A stretch of DNA of 64,000 nt, from the NCBI GenBank assembly GCA_951406725.2, contig OX597825.1, positions 31,806,001 to 31,870,000 of the forward strand, read 5' to 3'. Both the position numbers and the translations under genes were made by a program. Of this stretch, positions 37,414 through 48,440 are shown one piece after another; the first letter of the stretch is position 1; every line of letters starts with the position of its first letter. A model generated the notes under the pieces. That model did no database searches and had not been told where the DNA came from. It saw nothing but the letters and a program-made list of their open reading frames with translations. The DNA comes from Octopus vulgaris (Eukaryota).

Positions 37414-38859
37414 AAATTTCAAGATTTGCTCTTTTAGGCGTTGATGATTATGCATTGTGTGTATGTGTAGTTTTTATATAAAGGTGCATAAGAAACAAAT
37501 TTTTGTCCTGATATATATTGAAAAAATGATTATCTTATTAAGAAGATATTGTTCTCTTGTGTCACTTCATTTACACTATAATTCAAAATAATTTGATTAT
37601 AATACAGTTCAAATTTCTTGAGCACTTTGGTAAAATTTGCATGGAAATACATTCTTAAGTATGTGTGTGTACACACGTATGCAAACGCATATATAAGGCT
37701 GTCTCAAGATTTATGAGTTAGGAAAAATAGGTGCTCATATATTGGTTAATAGAGTAGGCATATTTATATTCTATTATATATATATTTATTGCTATGTATT
37801 AAGAAGTTTGCTTTGCAACCATATGGTTTTGTATTCAGTTCCACTGTGTGACACCTTGGGCAGGTGTCTTCTACCGCAGCTCCAGTGGATTTGGTAGACT
37901 GAAAGAAGCCTATTATATATGTGTGTTTGTGTCATGATGATGAATATGATACAACATTGGTTAAATTGGTGAGATGGAATGTGTGGAAGCTCGACAGATG
38001 AACTGTACCTGTAATTCAGCGATCCCTGCCTTATCCCTAACATTGTATTCTTTTTGAGGATTATGCTAAGGCTAGGGGTACACATTTCAACCATTTAAAT
38101 GCTAATTCAATGAACAAAAATAATTGAGTTTATTGAATATTTTGAATACCTATATGTTAATAATGTTCATTTTACATGCTATGATGTACAACAGTGTAAA
38201 CTTTGAGATTTCAACAAACATTGTGCTTATCAATCTTAATCAAGGACATTGGACAATCTTTTTATAAATTCTCACAGCTGACAGAAAAAGGGAAGAGTAG
38301 GTTGGATTAATTTTAATCAATTGAGATTTCAGCAACTAACCTAGTCAAGTGAGAAAGTAGAGACTATATCACTGTGGTTGTATAAAAAAAACAGTCCTTT
38401 GCAACTGTCCAGTAAATTTAAGTTTGATTTACACAAGTGTTGTTGTTAGCTGGAATCTATAGGTTTATATAATAGTACCTGGTAGCTTTTGCCTGCACTC
38501 ACTCATCTACACACACATGTATGTGTATACACATGATGGATTCTCTTGTCATGAACAACAAATGAGGGTTCAGTAAAACAAAGTGTTAATCATATTCTAT
38601 GGACATGAATGTGTCTCTTGAGGCCTACTGGTGCCTTGCAAACCTTTTGGCAAATGGAACAAGTGGAGGACTCTGTTTTCTTGGGTGCCTGTAGATCGTT
38701 CACTGTTTTCTTGAGTGGACAGCTAGGCCTGCTTTGCATCGTACCACAAAACCACCATGACATGTAAGGTTTCCATTTTTGTGTAAGCCTTCGTGCTTAC
38801 ACAAAGTTGGTCCCAATGTTGGTGTCAACTTTGTTCAAATCTTACTTATATATCTTCTA

Positions 38860-39535
38860 TCTTTCACTTGTTTCAACCATTAGACTGCGGTCACGCCTTG
38901 ACTTTTTAAGTGAATGAATTAACCTCAGGACTTATTTTTTAAAGCCTAATACTGATTCTGTTGGTCTCTTTTGCTGAACCTAAGTTATGGGGACATATGT
39001 AAAACCCCAGTTGTCAAGTGGTGGCAGGGGGCAAATACACATTCATGCACACACACACACACACACACCTGACAGGCTTCTTTCACTTTCTGTCTATCAA
39101 ATCCACTCACAAGGTTTTGGTTGAACTGGGGCTATAGTAGAATGGTGTTGCACAGTGGGACTGAACCCAGAACCATGTTGTTAGGAAGCTAACTTCATAC
39201 CATGCAACCTTCTGCCTTAGTCATTGGGCAAGTTGGGGCACCACATTGAAGGGTTATAGTTGAACAAATTGACCCTAGTACCTATTTTTTTAAATTGTGG
39301 TATCAGTTTTTTTTTTTGCTGAATCGCTAAGTTACGGGATGCAAACAAGCCAACATCCACTGGTTATCAAGCTTACACTCATTCACTGCAGGCTTCTTTC
39401 AGTTTCCGTCTACCAGATCTACTCACAAGGCTTTGGTCGACTCAGAGTTATAGTTGAGGACACTCGAGGTGCCATGCAGTGGAACTGAATCTGAAACCAT
39501 GTGGTTGAGTGGCAAGCTTCCTATAAACACAGCCA
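38860..39535 (-). mobile_element. Two tandem family B SINEs
   Basis: Each has ACTCACAAGG(T/C)TTTGGT and CAGTGG(G/A)ACTGAA..(G/A)AACCATG. Confidence 0.75.
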
Positions 39536-40899
39536 TTTGTGTGTGTGTGTGTGTTTATATTACTCTTTTATCTGGCTAATGAGGTCACAGTTTCCTGAAA
39601 GCAGGCACACACATGTATTACCTTAAGCATTAATCGCTTTATTCAGATATGAAATGTGTAAATTTGTCTATGAATGAGTCATCCACTTGTATGTATGTGA
39701 GTGAATGTATACTATATAGACCTAATTTTTTTTATGCCCTGTCAGTCGGTGTGTTGTGTGTGTGATGGAATGATGCTAACAGAAAATTACTTTGCACATA
39801 ACCATTCGATATTGACTCCTCCCTCTTACACACACACATTTTTGTTTATTGTGTTTGTCAGTCAGATCTTACTATGACAGCTGTTGACCCGGTTTCATTT
39901 CTTGCCAACAGGGAGCGTCTCTGTTATCGCTGTACCTGCTTGAAATAGCAGCCAAATATCCCTTTAAAATTTTCATATAAAAAAATTTTTTTTAAGTATG
40001 ATTGGGACTTTGGAGGATCTTGTTAGATTTCTTCCAACCACTGAAAGCACTTCAAATTTTCTCCACTGGCATAACTTCTTCATTAAATTTCTAAAAAAAA
40101 CCTGAATGCAGTTTTTGACATCAGCATCCAAAACTATATTTCTTGGAGAATATTTTTATTTTCTAGTAGTGAGGCTCACCTTGTGATAAGCTAGGTTCCA
40201 TGCAGCCCACTGCTTGAAAAGGGTTGCCCTTAATGTAATGCTTAAATTATAAGAAGGTATTCATGGTTTGAATGATTCTAGTTATGTTCACTTTATCATG
40301 GTTGACCTCAAGTCTCAACAACCATTTTATTTCGATTCACTTACACATTAATTCTTTTGATATCAACGATCTTGGATTTGTGTGTGTACAATAGTCTAAT
40401 GTGCCCATTCGATTCCTGTTAGGACTATAATCACTTCTCTTACAATTTACTTTTCAGCTGTAGTGTGTGGATGTGTGTGTGTCATTTACCTTTTACTTGT
40501 TTCAGTCGTGAGACTGTGGCCATGCTGGGGTACCACCTTGGGGAGTTTTTAGTCGAATAAATCAACCCCAGTGCTTATATTTTTTTAAAGCCTGGTACTA
40601 TTCTATCATTCCCCTTTGCTGAATCAATAAGCTATGAGGAGATAAACACACCATCACCTGTTGTCAAGACATACACGTGTGTGTGTGTCTTTCAGTTTCC
40701 ATTTACAAAGTACACTTACAACACAGTGGGACTGAACCTGGAACCTTTTTCTTTTTTTATCGCTTTTATATCAACAGAAATTTGCAAAATTGGCTGAGGC
40801 CGAATTTTATGTATTAGTGCCATGCATGAAAGTTTCAGCTCTTGAGTCACTTTGTAACTTTCTGCAGATTTGTGCGATAGATTGTGATGATCAGTTTGG

Positions 40900-41900
40900 A
40901 TGTCTGCATGCCGATACCTATGACGACGTTCATGTGTGTGAAAAGAAGGGCATTCCTTGAAGAGAATGAAAGAGAAATGATTGGGCAAAGTATTTAAAGG
41001 AGGATCTGAATGGTGATAGATACACATTGGAGTTGACAGTGAAAGGAGCGAGAGATGTGGGGGGTGGGTAGTTCTGAAGGATGAGCAGGGCTACAGTTCT
41101 CGAATTCAGAGGAACAGAAGTTGTAGTAATGATAAAAGAGAGGGAAGAAACAGTTCATATGTGAGCTTTGAGGTTGTCGTGAGTCTTTGATAATTAGCCA
41201 GTGAAGTTTTTTTGACTTTCCATTTTAGCTTAATATAGCAGTGATATCACTCTAGGTATGTAATCAGCACTTCGTTGTGAGTCTTAATGAGCTTTGTAGA
41301 TGGTTAATTTTTTGTGATACAGATTTAAATAATGGTGTGTGTACTTGCTATGGATGATCATTTGAGCTTGTGAAAACTAGCATTTTATAACGACGACAAT
41401 GAGAATTTTAGCAGTTTGTTCATATGTAGAGAGAGTGAAGTACAAATTTATTTCATTGTATCTTTGAACACAGACCTTAAGACGTTCTTTGGGTCAGTGT
41501 TCATGAAAATAGCACAAGGTAAGGTCAGTGTGAAAGTTTTAACTTAAAACCTTAAAACTTAAGCTGCTTATGGATGGATTCTGTGTTCCGTTTAGTTAAA
41601 TAGTAGAGTTGGGTGATATCTGCATAGGAGTGTGGGTTATTAGTAGTGAACGAGTAGGTTGCATTAATAAACCGAAGCAAGTGTTTGGGAAACCTAACCA
41701 AGTGTTGGTGTGCAGCAGAGTTAATAGTAGGCTGGGAGAAGTAGTGCAAAATTGTGTCTGACAGGAAACTTCTGATTTAATGTGAGACGGGTGGGAACTT
41801 TGTGTGAGAACTAGGCCTTCATCCAGACGTGGCCTAAGGGTTTTCTGATGTCAAATAAAACATTGTTTTCAACAAAATCCTGAATAGTGGGTTGGGCCAG
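40900..41900 (-). mobile_element. Highly degenerate Jockey/CR1-group LINE 3' portion
   Basis: INSAAHQH (INSGVPQG-like), NNPHSYADITQL (YADD motif) and LNTLPNHF (WNSLP-like C-terminus), in collinear order. Confidence 0.55.
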
Positions 41901-42313
41901 TTGCAAATGAAACAGAGCAAGCCTTCGGTAGATTTGATTTTACTGATGTTGTAATAGTGATTGTTGTTGCTACTGCTGCTTCACCTCAGGCCATCTCTGA
42001 ATATTTAGGACTAAGACTATATTATTCAACGTCTTCACACCTTTTTAAAGTTAATTTATATTTGAGTTGTATGCTATTTCTATCAGTTTGGGCAATTACT
42101 GAGCTTCTTCGTTTCATGTTATATAACGGCGAGGATCTCTGGGTAGGAAGAGAAATTCAATGAATGAAAGAGAGTAATGTTGGGTGTGAGTGGTCTAGGT
42201 AAGTAGTTAGGGTTTAGAGATTAAACACTCTGCAGTTTACCCCATCCCCACCCCTAAGCATTGCCACATACTCAGTTACATTGTTTTATAATATATTTTT
42301 ATTCCTTTCTCAT

Positions 42314-42480
42314 GCCGTTACGTTCTGAGTTCAAATTTCACCGAAGTCGACTTCGCCTTCATCTTTTCGGGGTCGATTAAATAAGTACCAGTTACGCACC
42401 GGGGTCGATGTAATCGACTTAACCCCTTTGTCTGTCCTTGTTTGTCCCCTCTATGTTTAGCCCCCTTGTGGGCAATAAGG
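42314..42480 (+). mobile_element. 5'-truncated family A SINE
   Basis: GTTACGTTCTGAGTTCAAATT...GGGGTCGATGTAATCGACTTAA...TTGTGGGCAATAA. Confidence 0.88.
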
Positions 42481-43882
42481 CAATGAATATATTTATATTC
42501 TTGAGTTAATTCTCATCTATACATTGAATCAAGATATTTGTTATTATATCGTTCTCAAATAGTCCCTTATATCACATCCTACCGTTTTAAAAGGAAAAAG
42601 AAAAATGAATTCATTGAACGATAGTAGTCCTAAAATACGGGAAGGTCGAAACTGGAACGTATTTGATCATAAGTCTGCTTGATCTTGGCTGACTTATGAA
42701 ACAGCAACAATCTAGTATTTGTAGTTATTCTGTCGAATACAGTAAAACGAAAGGCAGAGTTGAGGCTGGCGGTATTTGTACCAGAATGTAAAGCAGTCAT
42801 TGACAAACGGCTGTCCACAGGACTTTTTCTGAATGGCATACATAACGAAAAATTACTTTGAAATTTTTTAGTAGTGCGGCCAGCCTGATAGTGAGCCATG
42901 TCTCATACGCCCCCGTTTCTCGGAAAAAGGTTTTCCCATGGCTGACGTAAAGTGATATAACTAAATATCACAAGGCATTTCATCCGTCGTTCTAAAGAGT
43001 CTGCTACCTGCTGTCCTAATAAAATATACAAGAGACAGCAGACTTAAAATTACTAGGGCAGACACCCACCCACTCGTTCGCCCGTTTCTCGTTTATTTAG
43101 AATGGATGAGTATGAGAGTAAAAGTGCGCGATAGGTCATCCCTTAAAGGTGTAGACGTATGTGTTGTGTGTAGGGTACGATATGTATGTTTGTTGTTTTT
43201 ACAATGAAACATCGCGTGCTTCAATTTGCTTTGAACTTCAATCAACCTGTGTTCAAAATTTTCTCCTTTTTTTTTTTTTTTTTTTGCTTGGCTATCCTCT
43301 CATACACGAGTTCTTATATTACTTTTATTGTTATTATTTATATATTTTTTTACTCGAATTCAGTCTTTTATTACACACCTCAAACCTGTTTCCCCATAGC
43401 TTTTTAGTTTTGTATTCGACGCATTCGCTTACTCATCCATTCACACGCTCGCACAGATAGCTACTGTACTTGCAACAATCGCACTGGCGGCAAATAGGGT
43501 TTCATGTGCTCTGTGTAATTGTACTACTAATGAGATTCGTTGGAGCTTTTTATTCAAACACGCTTGTGAAACATTTCTTTAAATATCTTTATCTTATGAG
43601 TCATAAGTTTCAAATTTCCGTGGCGGAAACTTTAAGGTTTATTATTATTATTTAAATTTCCTCTTGGTTGTAATTAATTGACTTTTAGTCATAACTTATT
43701 CAGCTGCCAGACGGTATTATTTATTGCAGAATCGTTAGAGCAGTGCCAAAAAAAAATTTGTACTGACAGTTTTCGGTTCTGAGTTCAAATCCAGGCGAGG
43801 TCAGTTTTGCTTCTCATTCTTGCCCCCTCTCGCTAAAATTGCTCGCTTTGTGCCTAAATTAGAAACAATTATTATTGGCACA

Positions 43883-44018
43883 TTATTTACATTTGACGGA
43901 TATTTGTCCTCTTGTTTGTTAGCACCACGTTTCGGTTGACATACCTCCAGCATATGGCGTAGTGGTTAAGAGCACGGGCTAGTAACCTCAAGATTCCGAG
44001 TTCGATTCCAGGCAATAA

Positions 44019-44057
<39 letters not shown>

Positions 44058-44225
44058 AAAATACCTTAGGAATGAGAACCCAAGTTCGAAATTTCCCCAA
44101 GACACCTGATGAAGGCTGGAGGGCATATCAGACGAAACGTTGTGTTAACAACAAACAATATGAGGACAAACATCCGTCAAATGTAAATAATTTACATAAT
44201 TCCTCATCTCTTAAATATAGAACTG
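43883..44225 (+). mobile_element. Composite element: tRNA-derived head + (AAT)n + hammerhead-bearing PLE-type 3' end, preceded by an inverted copy of that 3' end
   Basis: A box TGGCGTAGTGG at 43955-43965, B box GAGTTCGATTCC at 43998-44009, (AAT)n at 44023-44055 and hammerhead at 44101-44146. 43883-43951 is the diverged reverse complement of 44115-44190. Confidence 0.8.
44101..44146 (+). ncRNA. Minimal type I hammerhead ribozyme motif
   Basis: GACAC-CTGATGA-A-GGCTG-gagggcatat-CAGAC-GAAA-CG-TT-GTGTT. Stem I GACAC/GUGUU, stem II 4/5 paired, palindromic AACGTT in place of stem III, predicted cleavage after GUU at 44141. Confidence 0.7.
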
Positions 44226-44252
44226 AATTATTGGGGTAGAATGAGTTAGAAT

Positions 44253-44491
44253 TAGAGTTCTCAAGCCTTTCTTTACCTATCGGCCTCTTTGATCCCTATT
44301 TTACTCAACTGGACCACCATACCTATTCGATGTTTTTAAAAATCCTATTATAGTTTTATAATTAAATACTATTAGAAATTGTATCATTTTTTGTGTGTGC
44401 ATTGCAGAAGTATAACCAGCACATACATTTTAGCAACAAAATCTTATGTAGACCCTCCGAAAGGTCATACGGACCCCGGTTGAGAACTCCA
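44253..44491. mobile_element. hAT-type MITE
   Basis: Terminal inverted repeats GAGTTCTCAA (44255-44264) and TTGAGAACTC (44480-44489), resembling CAGGGGTTCTCAA hAT ends. Non-coding interior of about 240 bp. Confidence 0.65.
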
Positions 44492-44749
44492 ACCAAACTG
44501 ACCAGTCACCTCTCTTCCGTTAGGGTCTCATAATGTTATATGTAATATAGCTAGAATATAGTCATATATATAACTGATATTATCTGTGTAATTAATTGGC
44601 AAAATCTCCCTTTAGAGGCTTTTAAAACTAGAAAAACAAGCCAGAGAGATAACTGCTATAAGATCATACTTATCTAAGTTTCGGCCAGAATTGGTCCAGG
44701 CCATGTCTAACTTAACACTACGTGGAAAAGATATTTAATGATGTTTCAT

Positions 44750-46775
44750 ATTACGAATCATTCATTGGTTCCGTAACCGATTCGAGTAAAGAATTATTGT
44801 TCGCCAAGATATATCCTGGTGTAGGTGGATTGTCTGGAGTTTGTCGGAGATCTTTTTCGTCTCTTATGTGCCTTGGCATGATGTTAAAGAGAGTCGGGTC
44901 GGTTGAGGTGAAATAGTTCTTAGTGTTGTGATGTGATGCAAACATAATTTTTGTAGAGGACGAATAGCACTCGAGTGAATTTTAAAGTTGATGCCAACAT
45001 CATTTGGGCAATGCTGTTGTAACATTTTCCATACAAATGATATAGCGCTCACGGTGGCATTGGAGGGAATAAAGTTTGAGTTTCTCGAGACTATCCCAAT
45101 AATCAAGATTTGTCATGCCGTCCATTTCCTTTGTGTTCAATCTCTTAGGTACTTCAATTTTTATAATATTTTGTTTCCTGTGGGGAGACTATAGCGGACA
45201 ATACTATTCAAGGTGAGGATGGGAAAAGGTGGAGAAGGATAATTGTAGGGGTATCTCTAGATCGAAAAGTCCCGAGGATCCAGGATTCTGTTCACCAGAA
45301 AACATTTAATCCACTTCAATGTTCGATATTTTGTTTAATAGGATTCTGTGGTCAAACATGTCAAGGGCCTTGCTGAAGTCCAGATAGATTACATCTGCGT
45401 TGGGGCCCTTTTCCAGAGCTTTAGGATGTCATCAAAGTGATGCAGGAGCTGTGTCAGGCAGTCCCTGCCACTATGGAAAACTATGCTGGTTGAAAATAAG
45501 TAGGCTGTTAGTCTCCAGGAAGTGAGTTACTCAAGATTTCACCACTCTCTCAAATAGTTTGATGAAATGAGAGGTTAGTGAGATCGGTCGGTAATTCATT
45601 ACCAGCCAACTGTTGCACTTTTTGAAAACTGGGACAGTCGACTGTGATAAGAAATTTTCAGGAATATAGTCAACGCCCAGTGATTTCCTCCAGAGAATAG
45701 CTAAAAGGAATGCCAGTTGATGACGGCACTCCTTCAGGACTCTAGCAGGGAACCTGTCGCGGTTTGCACCCGAGTTGTTTGTAATTGTGTTAATAGCTGT
45801 TATGATTTCCAGGCGCTAAATGATATGTCGGATAAAGTGTTCTGGGGGTTTGTCAGGATTGCTGAAAGTGGAGCAGTATTGCGTCTGCAGAATTTAAACT
45901 ATATCTTCTGCACCACTATGTAGGGTGTCCTCTTCATCTACCAGAGCTCTAACGGATGAGGCAGCGATCTTTGGCGAACGCAAATAACACTTTGGGATTG
46001 ACTTTTATTTTCTCAGTGGTCCATTTCTCTTTTGTTCTTTGACTATCGATGATAGCCTTCATGTAGGTCTGGATATAATGTTTCTTTGATTTCAATAAAG
46101 TTATATCTGTCATGTGCGGGTGTTGCAGCTGGCAATAATTTAGCTGGTTGGTTTTTCGATTAGTCCTTTTTATTTCCCATTATAGGTACTCTTCTGTTCT
46201 CTTATGGTCGTGGACTGCTGTAGATTGTGGTGTGAACCCGTATTTGTGACAATGCCCATAAATAACTTACAGGACGTACTGGTGCTGCTTAGGGTGAGAG
46301 AGTGAATGAAAGACCAACTAATGATTGAAACATCGTGGGTGATTGCCTTCCGGTGAATATTGTGTAGGTCAAAAGGCTGTTCTGGGGCGTCGCTTTTGGT
46401 TGCCGGTATCTCAAACTACAGATAATCATATCGTGGTCGGGAAGGAGAGTGTTTTCTACTGAAATATTATGGATAGTGTTAGTGTAGTTTCTAAACATAC
46501 TTCGTCCAATGTGTTTTTGTTGTATCTCGTTGCCACAAGCACGAATTGAGACAGGAAAATTTCCTTCATGGATTCGAAAAGTGATTCCATTGCTGCTTTC
46601 TCTGAGGGTCGAAATGCACGCACCTGTCTTCAAGATGTGAGTAGACCAGTCAACACAGAGGAAATTAAATGTCAACCATTATTAAAACATGATCAGATTG
46701 GCATTTTTCAAAAAAAGAATATTCATGAGGCATTCAGTAGTGGTGTTTGGGGTGGCCTGTAGAGCCCAGTTAACC
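44750..46775 (-). mobile_element. CR1-group LINE ORF2 relic (endonuclease + RT, multiply deleted)
   Basis: GLYRPP, LPDHDMIIC, NYRPISLTSHFIK, NADVIYLDFSKALD and the C-terminus LFNIMPRHIRD...PDNPPTPGY..ANNNSLLE, in collinear order. Confidence 0.88.
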
Positions 46776-46989
46776 GAAGTTTTCTGAAGATTTAGTCCCT
46801 GTAAATGGGTATCTTAAGTGCGTGTGTGTTCTATTTAGCGTATTGTCGGCTATTCAACAGTTTGCTAGAACTATAAACTGATGTTACACAATCAACGCTA
46901 ATTATTCTGTCAATATGTTGCGGTTAATTTGACGTTAAAAGAACAAGCTGTTGTTGGTTAATGTATTTCGAAACTAGTTGGTTTTGACT

Positions 46990-47021
<32 letters not shown>

Positions 47022-47234
47022 ATAATTATTGTTATTCAGCTCCTACCAGGGTCGACTTTGCCTTCCCCCCTGGAATCGATAAAGTAAGTAGCAGTGAAGT
47101 ATAGGGGTCGATATAATGTGTTGCCTTGTGCCTATGCTAGAAATCTATATTACTGTTAATAATGATAGTAATACTTTATTATAACTAATTATAAATGTCT
47201 CGCACTATGTAGTTGCAGCCCCTTAGTGACTCTC

Positions 47235-47442
47235 TTTACTCTTTTACTTGTTTCAGTCATTTGACTGCGGCCATGCTGGAGCACCGCCTTTAATCGAGCA
47301 ACTCAACCCCAGGACTTATTCTTTTGTAAACCCAGTACTTATTCTATCGGTCTCTTTTGCCGAACCGCTATGTAACGGGGACATAAGCACACCAGCATCG
47401 GTTGTCAAGCAATGCTAGGGGGACACAGACACACAAACACAC

Positions 47443-47487
<45 letters not shown>

Positions 47488-47648
47488 CATATACGACGGG
47501 CTTTTCAGTTTCCGTCTACCAAATCCACTCACAAGGCTTTGGTCGGCCCGAGGCTATAGTAGAAGACACTTGCCCAAGGTGCCACGCAGTGGGACTGAAC
47601 CCGGAACCATGTGGTTGGTAAACAAGCTACTTACCACACAGCCACTCT
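47235..47648 (-). mobile_element. Young, near full-length family B SINE
   Basis: Minus strand: GAGTGGCTGTGTGGTAAG (A box), GGGTTCAGTCCC (B box), GGCACCTTGGGCAAGTGTCTT, internal (TA)/(TG), tail GAAACAAGTAAAAGAGTAAAG. Confidence 0.92.
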
Positions 47649-47775
47649 GGGTTCAAATTCAGCCAAAATTCACTTAACCACCGCAGTCGTTAGAACAGGT
47701 ACTTGTGAAGTACTAGTGTCATTCAAATCGATTACACTCTTTTAAAATGGATGGCTTTGTTCCAAGATTACAAAA

Positions 47776-47827
<52 letters not shown>

Positions 47828-47837
47828 TTATTATTGC

Positions 47838-48128
47838 AGGCAGAAACGTTAGACGGTGAAAAATGCTTAGTGGCATTTTACCCCCGTCTCTACGTTCTGA
47901 GTTCAAATTCTGCCGAGATCGACTTTGCCTTTCATCTTTTCAGAATTGACAAAGTACAAGTCGAGCCCTGGGAGTAGGGGTCGATGTGACCAACTTACTC
48001 CCTCCTCCGAAATTGCAGGCCGTGTGCCGCCAAAATTTGAAAGCATTATTATTGTTTGTTGTTGTAGTAGTAGCAGTAGTAGTGGCGGGTGGTGCATCTC
48101 CAAAGACAGTACTGGGTCTTCGATGTTG

Positions 48129-48185
<57 letters not shown>

Positions 48186-48440
48186 ATGTTCATTTGGATT
48201 TCAGATTGAGAAGACGGTAAAATTCGAGTGATATCAATCATCGTTATTACTTTCTTGTCTTTTCTTTTTTTTCTATATGCGGCATTTTTGCCTATTTTAC
48301 GTTCCGAGTTCAAATGCCTCCGAATTCGTCTCTGTTTTTCCTCCTCTAGGGGTCGATAAAATAAGTACCAACTGAGGTCGATGTAATCGACTTATTCCCC
48401 CCCCCCCTGAAAATTTCTGGCCTTGTGCCCAAAATATTGT
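47838..48440 (+). mobile_element. Two family A-related SINEs separated by (TAG)n/(TA)n
   Basis: TACGTTC(T/C)GAGTTCAAAT plus central domain at about 47890 and 48298. Confidence 0.75.

Noticed and set aside
43950-44022. Functional tRNA gene
   Set aside because: A and B boxes are good but the acceptor stem does not pair and it is embedded in a repeat element; treated as a tRNA-derived head.
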